Shown here one piece after another: positions 54,062-64,000 of a stretch of 64,000 nucleotides of DNA. Position 1 is the stretch's first letter. Each line of letters begins with the position of its first letter. Below the pieces are notes generated by a model, which saw only the letters and a list, made by a program, of their open reading frames with translations, had not been told where the DNA came from and ran no database searches. The DNA comes from Mytilus trossulus (Eukaryota), in contig NC_086377.1 of NCBI RefSeq assembly GCF_036588685.1, positions 42,036,001-42,100,000 on the forward strand. The letters are read 5' to 3'. The position numbers and the translations under genes were made by a program.

Positions 54062-55352
54062 ATTATCCTTCGTACTCATTGATAACATTAAAAAGAGTTT
54101 ATGTTCATCAAATATTTCTAACAAGGACGAATAAGAAAAAAATATTTGTAAACTATTAACAAAAGAATATAAGAAAACGAATTGTCAAGATAAATAGTGC
54201 ATTTTTATGTATTTTTTTCGTCTGCACATGTAGGCAAACGAAATATGTTGACTTAACAAACACGTTGTCCCAAATGTCTGCGTTTGTTTCTTGGGTTTGT
54301 TTTGCAAGACAAATATAATGATGTTGACAAATGCCCTAGCACGATAAAACATTCAAACACAAACACATTTTCTATAAAATGTATAATTGAAAAAGAAAAT
54401 TATATGGAAATTAAAACTCGTATGATGCATAGATAATAACCTTTATCGACTTAGATGGAATTTGCGTTGAACAAATATATTTCACTGCAAGATACAATCT
54501 TAACACATGTTAATAATGAATGTGTAAAGTGCATATTCTGAAGCTATATAACTTTTCTGATGTATAAGACGCTAATATATGTATATCAAAATTTATATAA
54601 CGCCTAATTTATCTGATTCTAAGACTTAATTTTGCAACTTGTTCATAACCATACGTGTCAAAGTTTTGACGGGGGACTGAAAATACAGCACCAGGGTAAG
54701 TTTCGATAAATAAATGCAACAGTAGTATAAAGCTGTTCACAGTGCATAAATCGATTGAGAAAAAAAATCAAATAAGGGTTACAAACTCCATAAAAGCGGT
54801 TATCCTTCATATTTATTGATCAACATTTGAAGATTTTATGTTCCTCAAAAATATTTGTAAGGAGGACGAATAAGAAAAATTATTTGCAAATTTTTAAACA
54901 AATGAATGTAGGAAAATGAATGATTGGAATAAACCGTGCACTTTTATTCATTTTTTGTCTGCACATGTAGGCAAACGAAATATGTTGACTAAACAAACAT
55001 GTTGTCCCAAATGTCTGCGTTTGTATTTTTGGGTTTTTTGTTGCAAGACAAATATAATAATATTGACAAAAGCCCTAGCACGATAAATCATTCAAACACG
55101 AACAAATTTTCTATAATTGCAAAAACAATTATATGGAAATTGAAATTCGTATGGTGCATAGTTGATAACCTTTATTAACTATCATGGAACCGGTATTACT
55201 GTTGAACAAATATATTTCACTGCAAGATATAATATTAACGCATGTTAATAATGGATGTGTAAAGTGCACATTCTGAAGCTATAAAACTTTTCTGATATAT
55301 AAGACGCTGTTATATGTACATCAAAAATTACATAACGCCTAATTGATCTGAT
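54062..55352 (+). pseudogene. Two tandem copies (~54062-54625 and ~54800-55352), each with an exon-2-like remnant (54308-54490; 55047-55228)
   Basis: Reads DKYNDVDKCPSTI / DKYNNIDKSPSTI ... KFVWCIVDNLY ... ICVEQIYFTA, with stops and frameshifts. Confidence 0.6.
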
Positions 55353-56539
55353 CTTATTTTGTAATATATATTTGGGCAAGATAGAAACAGTATAAAATAG
55401 ATGTCAGATTCAATCAATTATACCTAAAGAGACGAAGTGAGTAATCGGATCAAAATATAACTATTTAATGTAAATAAATGTTTGCAGGGTCATAGCGAAA
55501 CCAAGATAAAAAAATACTATGATTACTTTTTCAAACATTGATAAAAGTGGATTAGTGAGAATCCACTTATTCATCTGCAGTCTGTTTGATTAACGTTTTT
55601 TTCAAAATAAGCTTATTAACATGTCATTTATTTTGGCTTGAGAGTCTTAATTCAAGACCATTGAAATTGTAATCATATTTTAAATGAATTTCAACTGAAG
55701 ATTAGCTGGTATACGCATGTGCTACACGTGATTGTTTTTAATAAAAAAAAAATGTCCATATTAAAAAGACAAACAAAAAAAAGCGAACAGAATAACTGAT
55801 CAAATTTTGTTCTGTTCAGTCATACTTATACTGGTTAAAATAAATGTTTTTTATCTTTATATTCATGAAATCGAACAAACCTAGACAAATTTCAATTGTC
55901 TTATTGCACGTGCTTGTCTGTTTACTAGCTATAGTATTTTCCTTTTGATCAAAGAATTATCAATATTCTTATTAGAGCATAACATGGTTAATCAGATACC
56001 GCCTGGTCTTAAATACTAATTCATGGAAATTTTTTATTTTTACGTTTTGTAAATTTGATAAACATGATAAACGTTAAGATAAGTGATAAACTAAAGAATT
56101 TTATGAAAATCGGGTATCGTGAATTAGACTGCTTACACCATTTACCATTTTAAGCGAAGAAAAAATGAAAAAAAATCTCAGTCCGGCAATGCAAACAATT
56201 TACTGTAATTGTTTTAATTTAAATACGACCATTGAGTGAGACATTTTTTATGTGTATTTTAGGTCAATAGTAGTTATATTGCATGTCTTGTCAATTGCTT
56301 ACTAGATAGTCAGTCGAATCAACATGCATTTGTTATTGCAAAGACAACTAACAATAGAAATAATTAAATCTTCTGCACAAACACACATGAATTTGACATT
56401 TGAGTATTATAAGTGCAATTGTGTTTTACAATAGTACTAACATTAAGTTTTAATAAATTGGAATTATGCAAATCCAAATCATATTTAGGAGATAAATTAA
56501 ATAAGTTTTGCAATACTGCATTGTCACACGGAATTTTAA

Positions 56540-57588
56540 CGTTAAACTGAGAAAAGAAAATTCTACGTTTTCAAACACACGCATGTCTAGGACTACAGGT
56601 TGCACTTTGAAAATACAACTGTTTCTAAAAACACGCCTCTTTTGGGGAGTATTTGAATATTCATAAAAAATCAATAACATACTGGTTCCCAGTTATGCTC
56701 TCTGTTATCCATATCGCAGAGACAGAACTTGGGAATGTTACCAGTAAATAAACACGTGCATATTGTTTACATTGAATATGTGGTAACCTTTCATTCGAGG
56801 TAGGGGTAGTTAAGAAAATTGGTGTAAGTTTAAACTCTGAGAAGTTCAGGGCATATACACGCTTAAAATATGCCGCACAGCCCTTTATTTTGACCTTTGA
56901 AAAAAATTGTGGTGCAAATGAACTTTCAATTCTAGGATAAGATTTTTTTCAAAACTTCATATATAGTAAAAGTGGTACAATTTTAGCCGTAAAAGGAGTT
57001 CCTTTTGGGAAATTGCATTGACAATATTTACAGAAATGCAACCTACAGAAGCAAAACGGCAAATTGAATGTAACAAATAAAAGGTGTCCTTTTAGGTTAT
57101 TTTTTCAATTGGAAATTTGAATTTAAATAGTAGGAATGTGATCAAGTGAGGATGGGAACATCAATAACTGAAAATGAAAACACTTCTTATACGAATATGG
57201 AACTAGTGAGCGAAGTATTTAAAGATGAGTGTGTTTTATTCAGTTCAAAATTAATCAATCCTTTTCACTCACATATAAGTAGTAACTAATATTTTCAAAT
57301 TAATTAAACTTAATTAGGTTTAAGAAAAGAAATAATTCAGCGTAATTTAAATATTGAATTGTTTAAAATGTCAACGTTTCATATCAGAACAAACACATTT
57401 TCTGATTTTTATCTTGCAGCAAGTTATATTTGCTCAACACAAATAAAGTCTTTGCTGCAATTGCAAAAGGAAAACATCAATGGACTAGACGAATTCTAAT
57501 TTCGTTATTATTTTACAATAATGCAAAACATATTTGTATTACAAATGTCATACTGCAATAGGGCATTTGTCAACAGCATTGTAATTAT
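56540..57588 (-). pseudogene. Inverted paralog: exon-2-like 57414-57588 and exon-3-like ~56540-56680
   Basis: cag|at aat tac gives NYNAVDKCPIAV*...KLEFV*SID...ICVEQI, with synonymous tac/tat, tgt/tgc and gag/gaa versus the 54308 copy. Downstream reads RNSCIFK. Confidence 0.55.
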
Positions 57589-57892
57589 CTGTCGGTAACA
57601 TCTCACAGTTATTCACCAAAAACATGTTTGCTTCGTCAATACAGTTTGTGTGTATGGAATAAAAGTGATGCATGTGAGTTATTTTCACCGTGATGCATTT
57701 CATTTTAATTTAAAGTTTATGATTGGTAAATAATGTTTTAGTTATCCCAATTCGAAAATAGATTAAACAAAATATCTCAAAAGTAAAATAACTAAAATAC
57801 CGCTGTCCAAGCAAAAAAGACAGCAGTTAAGGATAGAAATATTAAAAAAAAAAATACACGAAATTTTCGAAATGTGTATCGATGATGTTAAT

Positions 57893-58553
57893 TAAGAAAT
57901 AATTCATGGGGGCTTGAATATATCGTGATTTTACCACGGGTTGGCCCTTTATGACAATTATTTTACCCTGAGCGATAGCGAGGGGTAAAATATCGTCATA
58001 AAGGGACAACCCGTGGTAAAATATAGATATATTCAAGCCCCAATGAATTATTTCGATTCTAATAGGTCAAATACGGCAATTCTTATGGATCGAAGCGCTC
58101 TAGGTGGAGGCAAATATTTTCCATTCCCATAAATAAACGCACTATTAAATTGGCGTAAAAGAACGGAGCAAACTGAATTAGTGACATGCTTAAACTATTT
58201 AAAATAACGTATATAGATAGTTTTTAATAAATTTAAATGATAATTTATGCATATGTCTTAAATTTTTAAACAAATGTGGCTTATAACACATTTTAGCATC
58301 TTTTGTTAACGTTTCCATGTTGTGATGATTTTCGGATTTAAAAGCGTGTATTTTCCTGTAAAATGCACATATTCTAACGTCATCGTTTTATGACGTCGCG
58401 AAACTCATTCATAAAAAAGCATATGACGTGGGAGTACGATCGGAACAGCCCATGCAATATATTCAAATTTTACCACGGGTGTGTACTCAAAGCGTTTGAA
58501 GGACGTCATGTTAGAATTGACAATCGTTAATATCGAAACTGAAATTAGTATTA
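57893..58553. mobile_element. Hairpin-terminated non-autonomous element
   Basis: Near-perfect palindrome at 57896-58053 with a gcgatagcg apex. Confidence 0.7.
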
Positions 58554-58739
58554 TTATCGTTTCAGATCTATTTACAAACTTAGTGGTGGTCTTCTGCTGT
58601 TTTTTTGGTCGGGTTGTTTTCTCTTTGACACATTTGCAATTTGCATTCTCAATTTTTATTAAAATCGACAAATATGGAATCAGACATCTTCTATTTGAAT
58701 TTTTATATTGTCTATGAAAACATTTTTTTTTTTTTGGTC

Positions 58740-59146
58740 GACAAAATGTTTTATTAGTCGTCAGACACTCAAATCAATCAATGTGTTCGTAGATAGTAGA
58801 TGTTTTTGTGTTCTGTTAAATTGTTCCTTTTAAAATTGTTATACGATGATGTCTGATGTACCCATATTTTGACTTTTTTATTTATTGTGGTGGTTTATTT
58901 AACGCATCAATGTCAATATAACGGAATTTGATGAGACTGTCATTAAAATGAGAGGGTTAGCGCTATAGAACCAGGTTTAATCCACCATTTTCTACATTTG
59001 AAAATGCCTGTACCAAGTCAGGAATATGACACTTCTTGTCCATTCGTTTTTGATGCGTTTTGGTTTTTTTTTTGATTTTGGCATGTGATTATGGATTTTA
59101 CGAATTGATTTTCCTTTAAGTTCAGTATTTTGTAATTTTACTTTTT
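58740..59146 (+). repeat. 3'-anchored repeat family T5 (other copies: 22600-22860, 61470-61775, 40670-40760)
   Basis: Shared accaggtttaatccaccattttctacatttgaaaatgcctgtaccaagtcaggaatat. Confidence 0.75.
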
Positions 59147-59212
59147 GATTGTGTTTCTGTCACTCTCATATCTAGGAAGTCAACACGAACCAGCACGCAG
59201 TTAAATGTTGTC

Positions 59213-59345
59213 TAGACCACAAACAGTTGAAATAATTGAATTATCCTCAGAAAAGCACATGATTTTGACAAATAATATCATATTATGTAATTCTGTTTTA
59301 TAAAAGTACAAGAAATATAAGACAAATACATGTGATGTAAGGTAA
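59213..59345 (+). pseudogene. Exon-2-like remnant (inverted paralog ~10600-10800 -; weaker ~49240-49330 +)
   Basis: Shared ctagac(c/a)acaaacagttgaaataattgaa...tataaaagtaca. The phase-1 frame reads HKQLK*LNYPQKST*. Confidence 0.4.
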
Positions 59346-60234
59346 AGCCAAATGATCCTTCTCATAAGAGACAAAATATGTCTGCGCTTTCAACGGTGAC
59401 GTGTTTTTTTAAGAAGAGCACATGATGCTGAAATTGAAATTGTTTTACTTAACATTGTTGTCTGAATTGAATTACGTGTACATTGAAAAGAAACGAACAA
59501 TTGCAGTTAAGTGTTAATACAACACTATCAATAAAAAAACACTCCAAGCTGGGTAACCAGTCTAGTCATTTGTCATATAATTTAAACGATAAGAAGCAGT
59601 CCAATATTTGAGCGTGAGAATGAGTAAAAAAGAGTAAAAACTAGTTGTGTAGGTTTTAAAAACTACATAGATTAGATATAATAAGCGGGGAAACATTAAT
59701 TGAATGTCAAGTTCAGTTATTTGTCACACGGGTACGATTTAGTTCCAAATGACTGCTATGGTTTCGAAGTTTGTTTGGCAATTGATCGTAATAAACTTTA
59801 TCTGATTATGTCACTTAATTTGTGATATTTTACCGAACATACCAAAATCAATTGCAAACAATGATTCTATAAGCATATTGAAACATACAATATATCTATC
59901 AAATAACTTGATGTCACTTAATGTTTTTGGAATATCATAAAACTAAGTATTAAAATAGGTGGGCATTTTAACTCTAAGACAAGCTATCAACGCTATTACG
60001 AAAAATACATAATCCAAATACTTGAGACTGTTCAACGGGAACTCTGCAGAAATCAGTGCTATAAACGAGTATGCAGAGTCATGTTCTATATGTTGCAGCC
60101 GTCGTGTTGTTTATCATGTATGTGTATGTAAGTCTAATTAGGTAAAGTCATAAAAAAGGGGAAAACAATGTAACTGAGATGGCTTACACAAATGCATGTA
60201 TTTTATTTATTTTTAAAGAACATGTATGAAGATT

Positions 60235-60392
60235 ATAGTTATCAAAAGTACCAGGCTGATAATTTAGCACGCCAGACGCGCGTTACGTCTACATAAGCCT
60301 CATCAGTGACGCTGTAATCGAAATATTTATAAAGTCAAACAAGTACAAATTTGAAGAGCATCGAGGATCCAAAATTCCAAAAATTGTGCCAA
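60235..60392 (-). mobile_element. Hammerhead-bearing repeat, core mutated (GAAA to GTAA)
   Basis: The minus strand reads CGTCA CTGATGA GGC ttatgta GAC GTAA CGCGC GTC TGGCG. Same subfamily as the 32652 copy. Confidence 0.8.
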
Positions 60393-60529
60393 AATAGTCT
60401 GAATTATAAACAAAGTGTGGACTAGTTTGAATTATAAAGAAAGTGTGAAATAGTTTGAATTATAAACAAAGTGAGAAATAGTTTGAATAATAAACAAAGT
60501 ATGAAATAGTTTGAATAATAAACAAAGTG
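60393..60529. repeat. Minisatellite, ~28-bp unit x5
   Basis: The unit aatagtttgaattataaacaaagtgtga repeats head to tail with no spacers. Confidence 0.9.
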
Positions 60530-60609
60530 GTTTTCTTTCAACAACAGTCGTTAAAGTTTTCATCATCAAATAGCAATACATAGAAAAGTATCATAAAAGT
60601 ATATATAAG

Positions 60610-60781
60610 AATAATCGTACAATGGAAAACATAAGAAATGCGAATTAGTTTTTGTTATATTTAAAGAGACCATTCCAATAAATTAAAACATGCAGACGCT
60701 ATATGTCTAAGATTACAGAAAACAAATGTATCATGTGTATTACAGATCTGAAATGTCAGATCATAACAGATACATTGACTG
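60610..60781 (+). pseudogene. Exon-2-like remnant (weak paralog ~50050-50225)
   Basis: Reads KKCE...KTCRR...MYH/CITDLKCQIITDTLTG|gtaaa, ending in a phase-1 donor. Confidence 0.35.
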
Positions 60782-61974
60782 GTAAAATGGATATTAGAAA
60801 CATTGCATCTAGCTATAAGTTAAAATGAATCTTTTGATGTTGATGTCATATGTTCATGTAAATGAAGATGATGTGGTACGATTGCCTATATGAAAACTCC
60901 CCATCTGATATATAATTTGGTCACCAGTGTTCAAAACATATACAGAATTGCAAGGTATGAGAGGCCCTGATAAGACAAATATCAACTAATTCAAACCAGA
61001 TAATTAACGGTTTGATGAATGTACAAAACAATACACAAAACAGACTCATCAGCACATGATAAATTGCAACCACTGAAAGTTAGTCTCTTGTCTGCAGAAA
61101 GGATCTTACACTGTTATTATTTCATCCAGACCATTGGTCAAACTTATTCACAATTGCGTTTCGATAACAAAGATTGTGTCTCTTAAGCCAGGTCTACTCG
61201 TAAATAGATATTTTAAAAAGGAATAAAGGCATTTGAAATTTACTTGATTTCCAATTAATATAAAAATAATATATAAAAAAATACAAGCTTGTAATACGGA
61301 TTTAAAGTATATCCTTTCACAGCGCGAACAATGAAGCAAAGACAACTGAATTTAACGAAATAATGCAGTTACAACTTAATAGACTAAAAATAATTTGAGT
61401 AAAAGAAAACAACACATGTATATATAAACAATTCATTTGTGTTATAGTGATTGAGATCAAGACAAAATGTTGAGTGCTGTACCCCTATTTTTGACATTTT
61501 TAAATTACCTATTATTTGTGTTTTTTTTGTTCACACATCGTTGTCAATATAATGAAATTAGATGCAACTATCATACACGTATGTGGTTTAGCTAGCTATA
61601 AAACCTGGTTTAATCAACCATATCATACATAAGAAAATGTCTGTACCAAGTCATGAATATGGCAGTTGTTATATATTCGATTGATGTGTTTGCGATTTTG
61701 ATATTGCCATTTGATTAAGGACTTTCCGTTCTGATTTGTCCTCGGATTTCATTTTTTTTTTATTATTTTACATTTCTAACAATTAAGTATTATGCTTATA
61801 AATTTATGATAAAATTGTCATTGCATTGTTTCATAATCTAGAATCACTAGCTGAAACACAAGGAGAATTTGAAAAAAAGGAAATAGCGTATTAAGTTACT
61901 GTGTCACGATAGATAAGCGCAATCTTACTTATAATCGGTTTAAGCCATTTTTTGTATCCCTCTTTATTATTGGC

Positions 61975-62265
61975 ATAAATAAAGGCAACAGTAGTATACC
62001 GCTGTTCAAAACTCATAAATCCATAGACCAAAAACAAAATCGGGGTAACAAACTAAAACTGAGGGAAACGCATTAAATATAAGAGGAGAACAACATCACA
62101 ACATTAAAATGTAACCACACAGAAACGGACTAAGCATCAGACAAAATCCTATGAGAATAACAAATATAAGATCAAAACCGAATACATGAATTTGGGATAG
62201 ATAAGCACCGTGACACTCCTTATTGTAATGTGAATTTACACTCAAATATAAGAGAAAACAAACAA
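61975..62265 (-). repeat. 3'-anchored repeat family T4 (other copies: 28055-28365 -, 7685-7785 -, 54708-54790 -, 13250-13490 +)
   Basis: Shared aaaggcaacagtagtataccgctgttcaa...aaaatcggggtaaca. Confidence 0.75.
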
Positions 62266-63663
62266 AATTTATGATATTCTAGTGTGTTTGCTCGAGCATC
62301 ACTTTTCGAAATGCACATCTCATGCATAAAACTTAACAACGTTAATGTTATAGAGACAGGATTACATATAATGCAATTTGGATAGTATTGTCACTGAATT
62401 CTCTTATAACATAGAACATTAACTGAAGTCCCAACAGTGTTTGAAAATAAGAGTTCATGTCATGTATCACATAATGAAAGATAAGTTGTCAAACACATTC
62501 TGTATAATAAGAATTATACATACTTTTATACTTTAACCTTGAACGTATCGAGAAAGATACATTTACACTCACATTAGAAATTATTTTTTAAATAATTAAC
62601 TTGATTTGAACTAGTTAACGACAGTAAACATGGTAAACTTTTCCCCGTAAAATGACTATACACCGGCTAACAGTTTTAAAAAATGATCAATTACATTTAA
62701 AAGGTCTACCTGACATTTAGTTTATGGACTGTTTATTTGAACCTCTCCTCAAAGGCTTTCAATTTTTCCTATTACTACTGTTCAAATTTAAGTTCTGTAA
62801 TACAATGTATATTAAACATAAAGCAGGAAGGTAAGTATGAATAGGTTTCCTCAAATTATAAAAGTACAATTAGGAGATGGTATACCAATAGATAAGTAAG
62901 TATCAAAAGGTTCCGGCAAATTAGGAAAGTGCAAAGAGGAGATGGTTTGGTTGCAAGTGGGAAAGCTATCCAACTAAGGAAAAAAGGATTTAAAACTGGA
63001 GTAAACCTGTAGCAGTCGTTATTTCCGGTTTTGTTTTTCGCTAGTTGTGTTGTACGTTAACTAGGCGGTTAGTTTTGAATGTTTTCACATGTGTCACTTG
63101 AAGTTCGTATTGTGACCTGTAATTGATAATGTAGATGTCAATTGATCTCCAGTAGAGAGTTGTCTCAGTGGCAAACATAACTCATCTACTAAATTTTTAC
63201 AATTGTCAGTACGCAAAAACTAACATTAAACTCAACGTTTCGATTATCTTTTATATAATTTATTTTGAAGCATGTGAACCATTCACAAATTAAAAAAAAC
63301 TTGCATACTTACAACTGATATAAAAAAAAGAAGCAAGGAGTAACAGACTGTCCTGTATATGTCAGGGTTTTTTTTAAATGTATGTCAATAATATGACGAA
63401 GAAAAACAGTGTCAAGTTTACTTGAGTGATAATATGTTCAATAAAGCATATGGATAAGTTTGTACGTTTCCGAGCATTTTATACTGTATATTGTTTGTTA
63501 CATTATCAGATTGAAATAAATGTGTAAATTCAATAAACTATTGTTCAATATCGTATTTAATTTTAACATATGTTATCGATGTCACGAAAAAACGTTCGAT
63601 TGAACTTTTAATGAAATTGTTCTCTTTCAAAGTATATCGTATTCCTGTCATAATCATTACAAT

Positions 63664-63927
63664 TGAGCTGCGTCGGATAGAAATCGACCGTATGCAAGAG
63701 TACGTAGATATGTAAATGTAAAAAACTGTGGTTAATTTTGGAACATTCAAATACGAAATACAATAAACTAAAAGATGAGGTTTGGTCTGTTTGTAGCATT
63801 GGATAAATAATTCCACTATAGCACAAAGCCCTGTAGACTTTCTGTTGAACTTTTGTTCAAAACCGAATAGGTAAAAAGATGCATTGTATTGATTTGCATA
63901 AGGTCGATTTCTATCCGTCGCAGCTCA
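63664..63927. mobile_element. MITE with ~34-bp TIRs
   Basis: TGAGCTGCGTCGGATAGAAATCGACCGTATGCAA / TTGCATAAGGTCGATTTCTATCCGTCGCAGCTCA. Confidence 0.85.
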
Positions 63928-64000
63928 TATGTTAAAAGAAGAATGTTATGAATTATTTCAAATGAATAAGTAACTGTCGTTAATGCAGTTCTCTTTGTTT

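Noticed and set aside
54916-55086. 56-aa ORF with six cysteines (MNDWNKPC...CCPKC...CC)
   Set aside because: The adjacent tandem copy has a stop in this frame, and a different frame is the one conserved among paralogs.
59298-59312. Recurrent TATAAAAGTACA as a conserved TATA box (also ~10705 -, 49303 +)
   Set aside because: It lies inside an exon-2-like remnant, and no homologous transcript follows it.
60393-60529. 28-bp repeats as a CRISPR array
   Set aside because: There are no spacers and no cas genes, and the context is eukaryotic.

Overview
This is AT-rich (roughly 30% GC by eye) eukaryotic genomic DNA. Its repeats (Penelope-like RT, minimal hammerhead ribozymes, Meta/V-type SINEs) point to a bivalve mollusc, probably a Mytilus-like mussel; that assignment is inference. 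I find no intact host protein-coding gene. There are two layers. (1) Transposon debris: a young 5'-truncated Penelope-like RT (50626-51529), an older one with a SECIS-like 3' hairpin (33165-34610), many 3'-anchored retroelement tails, five hammerhead-bearing repeats, SINEs, TA- and TTAA-target MITEs, and about seven elements ending in long hairpins. (2) Between the transposons, on both strands, lie about 20 or more decayed, mutually paralogous exon remnants. By manual translation they fit one small-exon, phase-1, cysteine-rich secreted or ectodomain gene family: a signal-peptide exon, a ~170-180 nt exon with the pattern V/ID-x-CP...W...C...Y-x-C...C...G, and a further exon with C...C...CP..Y/F.S.E..K...C. 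They sit in tandem and inverted duplications, including an old ~10 kb block duplication. The six-frame ORF track largely misses this pseudogene array, which is the main finding. All alignments were done by eye, so boundaries are approximate.
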